Shown: positions 27,906-37,543, numbered from the stretch's first letter. The stretch is DNA of 64,000 nucleotides from an uncultured Candidatus Bathyarchaeia archaeon (GCA_964355725.1 CAYHEV010000002.1:3189-67188); one strand, 5' to 3'. Notes: a model not told the origin generated them from the sequence alone. A program made the numbers and translations.

Positions 27906-29122
27906 AAGGAGAGTTTATCCACTTTCTGCGGTGCCCTAACTAGTGAAACATGCTCGCCCAGTCTTAATTCGTTGGTATATTGTACTTCGCCGTTTATCTG
28001 ACAATGTGCTTCGATTGTAATGTTTTCGCCGAAGACGTTGTCCACTTGTGCTCCGCTTCTCAGCAGAATTCTTTTTCCATAAATACTTTCTGCGTGGGCA
28101 TCTCTGCCAATTATTATCTCATTTGCCTTCAGACATCCGTGAACCTCGCTTCTTTTACCTGTTTCAACAAAATGTGCGATCAAGCCTTCACGTGTATCTA
28201 TCGCGCCGCCAACTTCAACACGATTTTCGGCGTTGGCCCTTTTTGAAGACAATTTGCCGCCGACTTCGATATTTCTGGCTGAAACTTCCTCTCCAACTTC
28301 AATTTTACCACCCACTTCCAAGTCTTCAGTAAGCTTCAGTGAGCCGCCGACTTGTGCTTTGCCTCCAATTTCCATCATGTTACCCTGTCCTGAACCTGTT
28401 ATTTCGACTTTACCACCCACGTCGATGTCCTCGAATTCCAGGTCTCCATCAACCCTGAGCAAGCCGCCAACTTCTATTTGTCCGCCTTTGTTCTTGCCAG
28501 CGAGCTTCACGATTCCACCTACGTCTATGCTTTCATATTCTAGTGATTCATTTGATTCGAAGCTTCCACCAACGTCTACTTCAAGTATTTTTCCGCCATG
28601 GACAGTCGCTGTGCCGCCCACTTCCAATGATTCAATGTCCCCTTTGGACTGGATTGAAAGGCTTCCGCCAACGTCGATATCTTTTGCTTTCACAGTTCCC
28701 TTAGCCGTAAAGTTTCCGCCGACTTCAATGTTGTTGGTCTTCACATTTCCGCCGACTTCTAGACTTCCGCCAACGTCAACTTTGTCAGCTGTTAGATCTT
28801 TGCTCGTGTATAATGCTTCGCCTATGTCAACTTGCTGTGCTGTAGTGTTACCGTAAACTTCTAAGCGTCCATCTTCAACCTCAATATAGTCTCTTATCTC
28901 CAAATCTCCGCGCAGGGTTACATTGTCTTCTGCTTCCAAATTCTCTGCTAACAGGTTACACTCGAAAGTGTTGTGGCCTTCACAGTAGACTGTGCCGCGA
29001 ACTTTTACTGTCGGCGGGGTTCCTGTTCCTTTTACAACAGTATGCCGGCCTACGACAAGGTCTCCGTCAATCGAATCCAGTGATATTGTACTTCTTGAAG
29101 GGACAGATGTTCTACCGTTCAT
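27902..29122 (-). CDS. Bactofilin-like (polymer-forming cytoskeletal, beta-helix) repeat protein
   Basis: 406 aa. About 17 tandem units of the type (I/V)(D/E)VGG-x-(L/V/F), for example DVGGSLEVGGNVKTNNIEVGGNFTAKGTVKAKDIDVGGSL. Confidence 0.65.
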   Translation of the reverse strand: MNGRTSVPSRSTISLDSIDGDLVVGRHTVVKGTGTPPTVKVRGTVYCEGHNTFECNLLAENLEAEDNVTLRGDLEIRDYIEVEDGRLEVYGNTTAQQVDIGEALYTSKDLTADKVDVGGSLEVGGNVKTNNIEVGGNFTAKGTVKAKDIDVGGSLSIQSKGDIESLEVGGTATVHGGKILEVDVGGSFESNESLEYESIDVGGIVKLAGKNKGGQIEVGGLLRVDGDLEFEDIDVGGKVEITGSGQGNMMEIGGKAQVGGSLKLTEDLEVGGKIEVGEEVSARNIEVGGKLSSKRANAENRVEVGGAIDTREGLIAHFVETGKRSEVHGCLKANEIIIGRDAHAESIYGKRILLRSGAQVDNVFGENITIEAHCQINGEVQYTNELRLGEHVSLVRAPQKVDKLSF

Positions 29123-29423
29123 TTCTCGCGCCTTCTAATTTTACTCATCTATTTGTGACTTTAAAAGGGGGACTCACATTAAGTGACTGTTGTTGCATTA
29201 TTGTAGTATCCATGTTGTTCTGAATGAAGCTGCTGATGCTTTGGCTCTTTCCTGTTGAGCGTTTGCCTCACGATTCTCGACAATTTCTCTCAATTCGCCC
29301 TTAATTTGGTGTGCCATCTTTACCATCTCATTTGTTTCTTGAGAAGAAGTGAGTCCGTGGAACCCTTAAAAGGCGACGCACATAATGAAAACACCATTAG
29401 CCGTCACAAATTGTTACTAATAT

Positions 29424-29798
29424 CTACTCCTCAAGTGCTGCGAAGAACTTTCGCATACGCTTGAACGTTTCCAAGAACTCCAAACCCCACTTTGTTGTTC
29501 TATATTTCTTCGAGTTATCCATGTTCACTTCGTTGATAAAACCGTGCGCAACCAGAAAATTTAGTTCCTTTTTCGTTCGATCGACAGGCATGTTGGCTCC
29601 GTAGGAAACTCTCGTCAACGAGCAAAGACCCTTTCTAGCCACTATCTCTATTATATCGGCGTAAACGTCATATTTTGTTCGTCTTCGTTCACTCGGCAAT
29701 ATGCAGTTTCTCCGATTTCCACTACCTATTGAATGGTATACATTTAATCTTAATTGTGGTGAGCTGGAACGCACCGAACAGTTTCTCATGGGAAACAA
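29424..29798 (-). CDS. Small winged-helix DNA-binding protein (COG3432-like)
   Basis: The core RRRTKYDVYADIIEIVARKGLCSLTRVSYGANMPVDRTKKELNFLVAHGFINEV is wHTH-like. The N-terminal 33 aa look non-protein-like, and an in-frame TTG at 29699 would give 91 aa. Confidence 0.5.
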   Translation of the reverse strand: MFPMRNCSVRSSSPQLRLNVYHSIGSGNRRNCILPSERRRTKYDVYADIIEIVARKGLCSLTRVSYGANMPVDRTKKELNFLVAHGFINEVNMDNSKKYRTTKWGLEFLETFKRMRKFFAALEE

Positions 29799-30113
29799 TA
29801 TCGCATTACTTGTGGGAAAGGGGATTTGGCTTGATATTTGCTTGTGCCAGGTGATCCGGATCGTGTTCCAAAAATCGCAAAATCATGGGGATTCAGTCAA
29901 AGAAGTAGGTTCTCACCGTGAATTCCGAAGTTCCACGGTGAATGCGAGAGGCTTTCAACTTCTGCTTATCCGATGGTATTGGTTCAGTTCTATGGTAATT
30001 ATCGCTGTGACGTTCAAACACATCGTTAACACTTTTGCTGTTGAATTAGCGGACAGATTGTAGGACTCCCAGATAAAGCTAAAAGCACGTATAGGAACTT
30101 TCATGCGGACAGT

Positions 30114-30240
30114 GCCGGGGTGGCGGAGTGGTTATCGCGCTGGCCTCGAGATCTTGAAACGAAAAGGGGCTTGTAATAAGAGGACAAGTAAGCCAGTGGG
30201 CCTTTGGCTCGCAGGGGTTCGAGTCCCTTCCCCGGCGCCA
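30114..30240 (+). tRNA. tRNA-Ser(CGA) with an anticodon-loop intron and encoded CCA
   Basis: Hand fold. Acceptor GCCGGGG/CCCCGGC, D arm GCGG-AGTGGTTA-TCGC, anticodon stem CTGGC/GCCAG. The loop is CTCGAG^A with anticodon CGA at 30147-30149. An insert of about 40 nt (30151-30190) sits at the canonical 37/38 site. The long variable arm is GGGCC-TTT-GGCTC, the T arm is AGGGG-TTCGAGT-CCCTT, and the discriminator is G followed by CCA. Confidence 0.85.
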
Positions 30241-30289
30241 TTTGTTTCTGTCAGTTTTGTTAAAAAGCATCCAACTCGTAAGATGTTGA

Positions 30290-30472
30290 CTATTCTCTTA
30301 TCGTCACCATTGCTTTCATTTGTTTTCCTTTTTCTGGTATTGTCACGATTTTCATCTGTATACTGTTCAGGAAGTCTTCTGCTGCTTTTTTGGCTTCTCT
30401 TCTTGTTTGGTAAGATCCTTCCACTTCAATCCATGGCAAGGTTTTGTCAATCTTTATCCATACGGTATACAA
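30290..30472 (-). CDS. Small hypothetical protein
   Basis: 60 aa with balanced, protein-like composition (MYTVWIKIDKTLPWIEVEGSYQTRREAKKAAEDF...). No family recognised. Confidence 0.3.
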   Translation of the reverse strand: MYTVWIKIDKTLPWIEVEGSYQTRREAKKAAEDFLNSIQMKIVTIPEKGKQMKAMVTIRE

Positions 30473-30679
30473 GTTCTTTCACCGTTCTCAGATGAGAAAG
30501 AGGTTGATGTCTGTGTGATTAAAACGCTTATGAATTCCGAATATGGATTCTTGTTAAACTCAGTTCTGACAAATGCCAACTTGGTTGGTAGCCATTAGTC
30601 TTTGCTGGTATGCGATATTCTTAAATCACGCGTCAAAGTGATCGTGTTTTGTGCTTGGAGCTAAGCTGGCGAATGAAGT

Positions 30680-32344
30680 TTGAGGAGATACTTGGTCAGT
30701 TTCATCGGTGGACTAGCCATTCTTTGCGTTATGACCTGGCTAATCATGACTTTTCTGCCGTATCCCGAGATAAAGAACCTTCCGCTGTTCACTCTTAGCA
30801 CAGTTTCTAGAATTGTAATTACTCTATTGATTTCCGTTGTTTGGGGCGTCTCTTTCGGTATATTCGCCGCCACAAACAAGGTGGCGTCATTAATTCTCAC
30901 ACCCTTTATTGACCTTCTGCAATCCATCCCAATACTTGGATACTTCCCAATAGTAATTGGTTTCCTATTTGCGTTAGGCCCATTGGGCGTTGAGCTTTCC
31001 GTCGTGATCTTGCTTTTCACATCGATGGCTTGGGCAATCTTTTTTGGAGTGATTGGAGCCATCCGCGGTATTCCAACAAACGTTGCAGAATCCTCCCGAA
31101 GCTTCGGTCTGACGGGATGGAGATATATTCGGCATGTAATCTTGCCTGCGATCACTCCAGCAGTGGTTTCAGGAGCAAATCTTGCATGGTGCGACGGCTG
31201 GTTTTTTATGATCGCTGCAGAGTACATACAGTATCAAGGCAGTGTCGTGACGCCCCCTTCTGGGGGATTAGGCTACCTCCTTGCGAAGGCTGCTTACGAA
31301 TATAAAGACATGAATTTTGCAATGATACTGCTAGTATTCATAACTTTCATCGTAGTATATTTTAACAGTCTGACTTGGCACAAGCTAGTGGAACGAGCGA
31401 GTACAGGAACTTACAAACCAGTCTTCAAGATGGATCTTTCGGGAGTTGGGAAACTTGGAGTGGCAAGGGCAACTAACTGGCTACATTTTGGAAGACTGCA
31501 CTGGCCGAAATCCTTTTCCATAGCTTCTCAGCGCTTGCGGAAATATACGCGCATCGAGAAAATCATCGCTGCTGTTTTGGCTCTTTCGGCAATTTTCTTT
31601 TTGTCGTACGTCGTATTCGGCCAATTCCCCACGTTGGCACTGATTCATGAGGGGTTTAGTCAGGCGCCCGCAGGAGAACTGGTCAATCTGCCCGTGTTAA
31701 TTCTCTTGACAATGGGGCGTCTTGCAATAGCCTATGGCATCTCTCTTGTTGCCGCGATCGGTATGGGAGTCTTGGCTGCAGAACACAAAAAATTCGCGAC
31801 TGTTTTTTTTCCCCTTTATGATATTGGACAGGGAGTGCCAATCTTAGCTTTGTTTCCAGTCATTTTTCTTGGTTTGAACACACTCATTGGGATGCCAAGA
31901 ATCGCCCTTGAGGTTACCTGTATCATAATGTTGATTCTTGATATGATATGGTACATGTTTCTCAACGTCGTAAGCGCAGTGAAAAACATTCCCACTGAAA
32001 TAAATGAAGTCGGTCACCTTTTTGGATTTAAAGGATTAAAAAGAATAACTCATATAGTGATCCCATCAATACTGCCTGCCATAGTTACTGGCAGCATCCT
32101 TTCATGGGGTACTGGCTGGAACACCATAATTTTTGCTGAATATCTACCTTCCACTCAGGCGAAAGTCCCGCCACTTTCAATACCAGGAATAGGTTCATTG
32201 CTTGACAAAGCAGGTTATGAATATGGAAACACGATCGTGCTCATTCTTATGCTGGGGATAATCGCAATAATAGTTCTTCTGATGGAAGGGCTTGTTTGGC
32301 GGCGTTTGCTCAGGAAATTTGAGAAATACCACGTGGAAGTGTAA
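30680..32344 (+). CDS. ABC transporter permease with two fused transmembrane domains (nitrate/sulfonate/taurine-type)
   Basis: 554 aa with a TTG start. Two repeats of the binding-protein-dependent permease fold (RGIPTNVAESSRSFG and KNIPTEINEVGHLFG EAA-like loops). Confidence 0.85.
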   Translation: MRRYLVSFIGGLAILCVMTWLIMTFLPYPEIKNLPLFTLSTVSRIVITLLISVVWGVSFGIFAATNKVASLILTPFIDLLQSIPILGYFPIVIGFLFALGPLGVELSVVILLFTSMAWAIFFGVIGAIRGIPTNVAESSRSFGLTGWRYIRHVILPAITPAVVSGANLAWCDGWFFMIAAEYIQYQGSVVTPPSGGLGYLLAKAAYEYKDMNFAMILLVFITFIVVYFNSLTWHKLVERASTGTYKPVFKMDLSGVGKLGVARATNWLHFGRLHWPKSFSIASQRLRKYTRIEKIIAAVLALSAIFFLSYVVFGQFPTLALIHEGFSQAPAGELVNLPVLILLTMGRLAIAYGISLVAAIGMGVLAAEHKKFATVFFPLYDIGQGVPILALFPVIFLGLNTLIGMPRIALEVTCIIMLILDMIWYMFLNVVSAVKNIPTEINEVGHLFGFKGLKRITHIVIPSILPAIVTGSILSWGTGWNTIIFAEYLPSTQAKVPPLSIPGIGSLLDKAGYEYGNTIVLILMLGIIAIIVLLMEGLVWRRLLRKFEKYHVEV

Positions 32345-32347
32345 ACT

Positions 32348-33175
32348 GTGTCTTTGCTTGAAATAGAAAACGTGACCAAAACCTTTGTGACTGACCATTC
32401 CAGAATGTTGGTTCTGGAAAATGTGAGTTTCTCCGCTGGAGAGAGCGAGTTTGTTTGCTTGGTCGGTCCCTCTGGCTGCGGAAAATCTACTTTGCTTAGA
32501 ATTATTGCAGGCTTGGAGAAAGCTGATACAGGTAGAATCATGTTTCAAAAACAGCCTATCGTGCAGCCTACCCCGAAAATTGCCATGGTGTTTCAGCTTT
32601 TCGGTCTTTTGCCTTGGAAGACAGCGTTGGAAAACGTTGAAGTGCCCTTGGAAGTGCTTGGCGTAGCTAAACAAAACCGGTTGCACATTGCTCAAGAATA
32701 CTTGCAGATGGTCGGACTAGAAGGTTTTGAAAACTGTTACCCTCATGATCTTTCAGGCGGAATGAAGCAACGCGTTGGAATTGCGAGGGCACTAGCCCTA
32801 AAACCCGAAGTTTTGCTGATGGACGAGCCGTTTTCTTCGTTGGATGAACTTACGGCAAAAACTCTCCGTGAACTAGTGCTAAACATTTGGCGAAACCCTG
32901 CCTTGCCAACAAACACCTTCATAATGGTTAGTCATAATGTCGAGGAAGCGGTGTTTATGGCAGACAGAGTAATAGTGATGTCACCGCGTCCAGGGAAAAT
33001 CATTGGAGAAATAATGGTTGACATACCTAGGCCCCGCTCCCAGTATTTGAGGGAAAAGGAATACTTCCGATACGTAGACGAGGTAGTAGGATTGCTAGAA
33101 AAAGGCAAAACTATAACAAAGGACAAGAGCCCTCTGTCTCTGACTGCAGGACGAACAAACAAGCTTGAGCAATAA
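32348..33175 (+). CDS. ABC transporter ATP-binding protein
   Basis: 275 aa. Walker A GPSGCGKST, signature LSGGMKQR, Walker B LLMDEPFSSLD. Confidence 0.9.
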   Translation: MSLLEIENVTKTFVTDHSRMLVLENVSFSAGESEFVCLVGPSGCGKSTLLRIIAGLEKADTGRIMFQKQPIVQPTPKIAMVFQLFGLLPWKTALENVEVPLEVLGVAKQNRLHIAQEYLQMVGLEGFENCYPHDLSGGMKQRVGIARALALKPEVLLMDEPFSSLDELTAKTLRELVLNIWRNPALPTNTFIMVSHNVEEAVFMADRVIVMSPRPGKIIGEIMVDIPRPRSQYLREKEYFRYVDEVVGLLEKGKTITKDKSPLSLTAGRTNKLEQ

Positions 33176-33359
33176 AGTAGTCTAACTACCTTGAAATACA
33201 GAGACTAATCAGTCCAAATGCATGTCAGATCCTCGTATCAATTGCATTGGTCCTGTCGATGTTTTAGATTTGTGTGAATCCAAGTAGTTTGGATACTTAT
33301 TTTGGCTTCATTAATACTATAAACTCAAAGTCCGATTCTATCTTAAAGGAGGGTAATCT

Positions 33360-33758
33360 ATCGTAAAAAAGAAAGAGTCGGTAAGAGATAGCCCCAGCTT
33401 TACATGCTCAAACCCTTCATGTAGAAGAACTTTTACTAATCCTTTAAAGACCGAAATTCTGGGGTCAAAAGACGTTGAACCTTTTGACGCATGCCCGTAT
33501 TGTTTGGCGGAAATAACTGTGACGAAAAACAGGGAAACGCTTGAAGAAGAACTAGAGCCAGAGGCAAAGCGGGTTCAAATTAGAAAAGCAATCGAACAGA
33601 TAGCTATAGAGACGCCAACTCAATCTGAGCCCAAAGCCAAGGAATGTGCGAGGCACTTTGGATATCTAAGCAAACGTGCACCGAACGAAGAAATACCTGA
33701 AGATTGCATGGTCTGTGAAAACATAGTGCAATGCATGCTCAAGAATGTGACAGGATAA
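33360..33758 (+). CDS. Cys-rich zinc-ribbon protein (start codon uncertain)
   Basis: The frame is open from 33357 and encodes CSNPSC...CPYC then C..HFGYL...CMVCENIVQC. There is no in-frame ATG or GTG before the C-terminus. A strong SD AAGGAGG lies 7 nt before ATC at 33360. The ORF track start is TTG at 33504, which would drop the first ribbon. Confidence 0.4.
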   Translation: MVKKKESVRDSPSFTCSNPSCRRTFTNPLKTEILGSKDVEPFDACPYCLAEITVTKNRETLEEELEPEAKRVQIRKAIEQIAIETPTQSEPKAKECARHFGYLSKRAPNEEIPEDCMVCENIVQCMLKNVTG

Positions 33759-33835
33759 GTTGGTTACCAATGACAAGTAGATGTGTCTCAAATCCTCAAA
33801 GAATTCCAATAAAGGTGGATAGGAGACACTACTAA

Positions 33836-34210
33836 TTGTCGGCGACTTTGCAGCGTAAGGCTCCTGGGGCGTTTATGTCAGTGGTTCCACAAAATAAAGA
33901 ATTGAACGCTGAGTCTGTCACGGCAATCGCTACAGGCTTCCTTAAGCGGATTGGGCATAAGGGCGGTCTAAAGCCTAAGCGGGTTACGCTGGAAGAGGAA
34001 GTTTACACTGTTGAAGTGGAGATGAAAAAACTTACTGCCCTCGTTCGTGTTGACTCTAAGACGCATGAAATTAGGGAGTATGAAATACAGGCCAAAAACG
34101 AGGAGACTCCTTTCATATCGATCTCGCCCAAAGTCATATTGATTATTTTCGGCGTTTCGGCCCTTGTTCATGTCATATTGTATTTTGCGCTAAAAACATT
34201 CGGGTTATAG
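33836..34210 (+). CDS. Hypothetical protein with C-terminal membrane anchor
   Basis: 124 aa. Soluble beta-rich N-domain and C-terminal TM VILIIFGVSALVHVILYFAL. Confidence 0.4.
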   Translation: MSATLQRKAPGAFMSVVPQNKELNAESVTAIATGFLKRIGHKGGLKPKRVTLEEEVYTVEVEMKKLTALVRVDSKTHEIREYEIQAKNEETPFISISPKVILIIFGVSALVHVILYFALKTFGL

Positions 34211-34295
34211 TCTTCATTGAGTTATCGGAATTAGACGTAGAATATGAACGAAAATAGGTTTGTGTCAGTTTATAGTGTTGTGAAGAAAAGAGGTT

Positions 34296-34667
34296 CTATT
34301 TTTCGCCCTTTTTTCTCTTCTCGGGCTTTTTCTCTTCCACTGGAGGTTCTTCAGTTGTTTTCGGTTCTTCCTTTGGCTCTTCTACAGTCACTTTCTCTTC
34401 TTCGATTTCAGTTGTGATTTCTTCTATTGGCTTCGGCGGCGGCGTTGTAGCCATGGTCCAACCTATCCATGCGCCTATACCCATTATGGCAACAAATGCA
34501 ATAAAGACAGGTACAGCTATGATCCAAAATCTAACGTCAGCCGCGTCTGGATTGTATCCTATTATTGAAAACCAACTTGGATAGAAGAGAGTAACGACGT
34601 ATAAGAGTGCGACTGCTACGCAGACTATGAAGATTACTCCACCGATTGTTTGATCTTTGCTAACCAT
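34296..34667 (-). CDS. Small two-TM membrane protein with Glu/Lys-rich tail
   Basis: 123 aa. Two clear TM helices and a charged EEPKEEPKTTEEPPVEEKKPEKRKK tail. Confidence 0.5.
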   Translation of the reverse strand: MVSKDQTIGGVIFIVCVAVALLYVVTLFYPSWFSIIGYNPDAADVRFWIIAVPVFIAFVAIMGIGAWIGWTMATTPPPKPIEEITTEIEEEKVTVEEPKEEPKTTEEPPVEEKKPEKRKKGEK

Positions 34668-34741
34668 CTATATATCACCGTATGTTAGCCATCTTTACTT
34701 CTTTATGCCTTTTAAAGTTTACCGTGACTTTCTGTGGAGTG

Positions 34742-36022
34742 CTAGGTTGTTCCCATTTCCCATGTTGTCAAGTATTTTCTCTGTTCATCCGTCAACTTGT
34801 CTATTTCTATTTTCATTGCGTCTAGTTTTAGCTGTGCTACTTTGTCATCTATCTCTTTTGGCACTGCGTAGACTTTTGGGAGTTTCTTTTCTGTCTTAGC
34901 CAAAAATTCTACACATAGGGCTTGATTGGCAAAGGACATGTCCATAACTTCTGACGGATGGCCTTCTGCTGCTGCCAAATTTACGAGTCTTCCTTCTGCC
35001 AAGAGATACAGTCTTCTTCCATCTATAAGTGTGTACTCGTCTAGATTAGGTCTTATGTTTCTCTTTGAAGTTGTGATTTCTTCCAGGTCTTTGGGGTCTA
35101 TTTCTACGTTGAAGTGTCCACTGTTGGCGAGTATGGCGCCGTCTTTCATTCTCTGCATATGCTCTTTCCTTATGACACTTGTATTGCCGGTTGCCGTTAC
35201 AAATAGGTCGCCTATCGTGGCTGCTCCGGCTACTGACATTACGCGAAATCCGTTCATCGTAGCTTCAAGCGCTCTAACCGGATCAGTTTCTGTAACTATG
35301 ACGTTTGCCCCCATTCCTTGAGCTCTCATGGCTATTCCTCGCCCGCACCAGCCATAACCGCACACAACGAAGTTCTTGCCTGCCAAGAGGATGTTTGTGG
35401 CCCTTATGACTCCGTCTATTGTGCTTTGTCCTGTCCCGTAACGGTTGTCAAACAAGTATTTCGTGTAAGCATCGTTAACGGCCATTATCGCATACTTGAG
35501 CGTTCCAGACTTCTCCATGGCCCGTAGTCTCAAGACGCCAGTCGTTGTTTCTTCTGTTCCACCCTTGATTTTTGGCAAGATCTCTGTTCTTTTGCTGTGG
35601 AGGGTGCCTACAAGGTCGGCGCCGTCATCAAGTGTTATGATGGGTTCATAGTCTAGTACGTTTTCAACACATCTGTAATATTCCTCTGTCGTTTGTTCTC
35701 GCCATGCAAATACGTGTGTGTCCTTTTCCACCAAGGCCGCTGCCACATCATCCTGTGTGGATAACGGGTTGGAACCGCATAATGCAACGGTGGCTCCGCC
35801 AGCTATGAATGTGTCGATAAGCACTCCGGTTTCTTTTGTTACGTGCAGACATGCGCCCAGTGTCAAGTTCTCAAAAGGTTTCTCTTCGCTGAATCTTTTC
35901 CTTATTTGGTTTAATACTGGCATGTGTTTTGAGGCCCATTCTATCTGTAGATGGCCTTTAGACGCCAGAGTAATGTCTTTGATTCTGCATTTTTCCATTG
36001 GTTTTCCTTCTTTTATGCTCAT
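34742..36022 (-). CDS. ahcY: Adenosylhomocysteinase
   Basis: 426 aa. [10 protein letters not shown]...EWA..HMPVL N-terminus and [11 protein letters not shown]-binding motif. Confidence 0.92.
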   Translation of the reverse strand: MSIKEGKPMEKCRIKDITLASKGHLQIEWASKHMPVLNQIRKRFSEEKPFENLTLGACLHVTKETGVLIDTFIAGGATVALCGSNPLSTQDDVAAALVEKDTHVFAWREQTTEEYYRCVENVLDYEPIITLDDGADLVGTLHSKRTEILPKIKGGTEETTTGVLRLRAMEKSGTLKYAIMAVNDAYTKYLFDNRYGTGQSTIDGVIRATNILLAGKNFVVCGYGWCGRGIAMRAQGMGANVIVTETDPVRALEATMNGFRVMSVAGAATIGDLFVTATGNTSVIRKEHMQRMKDGAILANSGHFNVEIDPKDLEEITTSKRNIRPNLDEYTLIDGRRLYLLAEGRLVNLAAAEGHPSEVMDMSFANQALCVEFLAKTEKKLPKVYAVPKEIDDKVAQLKLDAMKIEIDKLTDEQRKYLTTWEMGTT

Positions 36023-36343
36023 TTACCTATTAACTATTTAACATTGATGTTCGGCTTATTGAGAAGTGTGTCTTTGGTCTTTTCAGTCGTTTCCACGAGG
36101 CCTTCAGATTCAAATGTTGTCGAGTTTATATCCTTCCATTATCAAGTTGACTTCCTTTTAGTTTGGTTGTTCCTCAAACGTCTACTATGATTTTGTCCTC
36201 TATGGTTTTGCGCCTTGGTGAATGATTCTGTGATCGCGTGACATGACAATTGTGCTGTCGCAAACTAATAGGTTCATTCTAGTCCTTCTCTGGGTTAGTG
36301 TTAGGTTGTATCGCTATATTTTTAACTTCTACTTGAATACACT

Positions 36344-37447
36344 TTGATTCTGAGGCAATGCTTTATGCCGGAATTAAAAGTTGCAAGTTTGCAGGAGTAT
36401 CTTTCAAGCGTTTACAAAAAACCCGTGACTGTTGTGCGCGCTTTTCCTATGGGCGGCGGTGATCCTGACCTGAAGGGTTTCGGTTATGGTGTACCTTGTT
36501 TTATTGAGTTCAGTGTTGGCAAAGAGACTAAGTGTGTTGTTTTGGAGACTATGCGTACAGGGGGTTTTGGGCATGATCATTTTTCAGACAGGGCTGCTGC
36601 TTTATTGTGGCAACATTCCGCCTTTAGCAATTTGCCTAAACATGTGCACTCTGTTGATGTAGGCTCATTCGTGAATGATGGTGAATCTTTAAAATCTCTG
36701 GGTAACTGCGGTGAATTTTTCATATTGACAGAGTTTGTTGACGGTGCACTATATCATTCTGATCTGGATCGTATGAGAGCATCTGGAAACTTGTTCGATT
36801 TGGATGAAGAACGGTGCATAGCTTTAGCGGATTATCTTGCGGGAATTCACTCCGTGAAGAAGAATTCGCCAGAGCTTTATGTTAGGCGAGTTCGTGATTT
36901 GGTTGGGCATGGTGAATGTATTTTTGGACTGACTGATAGCTATCCACGCAACCAAAAATATGTTGATCCGAAGTTTTTCATCGAGTTTGAGAAGGCATGC
37001 GTGGAATGGCGTTGGCGGCTTAAGAACAAAGTGCACAGACTGTCGCAAGTGCATGGGGACTTTCACCCTTGGAACATCATGTTCAGGCAAGGGACAGATT
37101 TCACGGTTCTGGATCGTAGTAGAGGTGAGTGGGGTGAGCCAGCTGATGATGTGACGGCAATGACAGTGAACTACATATTCTATTCTCTGCAAGAGTTCGG
37201 CAAACTGGCTGAGGGTTTCGAGAGGTTGTTCATGCTTTTCTGGAAGAACTATTTGGACAAGACTAGTGATGAGGAGATTCTGAGTGTTGTGCAGCCTTTT
37301 TATGCTTGGCGTAGTCTCGTTGTCGCTTCGCCTTTGTGGTATCCAAATCTGTCTTTGGATGTGCGTAGGAAGCTCTTCCGTTTCGCCCGCAATGTGCTTA
37401 AAGCTAAGAAGTTTGACTTTGAGACTGTTGAATCCTATTTAAAATGA
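36344..37447 (+). CDS. APH/choline-kinase-like phosphotransferase family protein
   Basis: 367 aa. Catalytic-loop motif VHGDFHPWNIMF followed by VLDRSRGEWGEPADDV. Confidence 0.65.
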   Translation: MILRQCFMPELKVASLQEYLSSVYKKPVTVVRAFPMGGGDPDLKGFGYGVPCFIEFSVGKETKCVVLETMRTGGFGHDHFSDRAAALLWQHSAFSNLPKHVHSVDVGSFVNDGESLKSLGNCGEFFILTEFVDGALYHSDLDRMRASGNLFDLDEERCIALADYLAGIHSVKKNSPELYVRRVRDLVGHGECIFGLTDSYPRNQKYVDPKFFIEFEKACVEWRWRLKNKVHRLSQVHGDFHPWNIMFRQGTDFTVLDRSRGEWGEPADDVTAMTVNYIFYSLQEFGKLAEGFERLFMLFWKNYLDKTSDEEILSVVQPFYAWRSLVVASPLWYPNLSLDVRRKLFRFARNVLKAKKFDFETVESYLK

Positions 37448-37543
37448 CTTTGTGTGAGTAAACCTATTCGATTTCTGAAATGTATATCAGCGGTGGGATT
37501 AAAGGATAAATAGGATCTGGGTTCAATCTATGTGTTGTAGCTG

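Noticed and set aside
28233-28856. 207-aa plus-strand ORF rich in PPTS repeats.
   Set aside because: It is the antisense reading of the VGG repeats of the bactofilin-like gene. The repeat periodicity is inherited from the opposite strand, and it has no SD or independent support.
27902-29122. Regular short repeats at the DNA level that might suggest a CRISPR-like or tandem-repeat locus.
   Set aside because: The periodicity is protein-coding (VGG units) within one long ORF. The repeats are degenerate at the DNA level and have no spacer/repeat architecture.
29198-29326. 42-aa minus-strand ORF (MVKMAHQIKGELREIVENREANAQQERAKASAASFRTTWILQ) upstream of the bactofilin-like gene.
   Set aside because: It is plausibly coiled-coil, but it is too short and has no recognisable SD or family. 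I mention it only as context, not as a feature.
29799-30113. Possible integrated element or att site next to tRNA-Ser. The 315-bp non-coding stretch includes an imperfect inverted repeat, CACCGTG-N13-CACGGTG, around 29914-29940.
   Set aside because: I saw no integrase, no integrase fragment in any frame, and no second copy of the tRNA 3' half by eye. The hairpin is short and imperfect. A computational repeat search would be needed to exclude an att duplicate.
30079-30495. ORFs on both strands (30079-30270 minus, 30103-30495 plus) near 30.1-30.5 kb.
   Set aside because: They overlap the tRNA-Ser gene and its flank. The tRNA fold fully explains the conserved-looking sequence.
30661-31227. 188-aa minus-strand ORF inside the ABC permease gene. 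Similar long shadow ORFs occur at 21410-21856, 47037-47510, 49228-49800, 57258-57776, 59395-60078 and 61185-61637.
   Set aside because: All lie antisense to genes with strong family signatures. They have low-complexity or Ser/Cys/Phe-rich composition typical of shadow frames.
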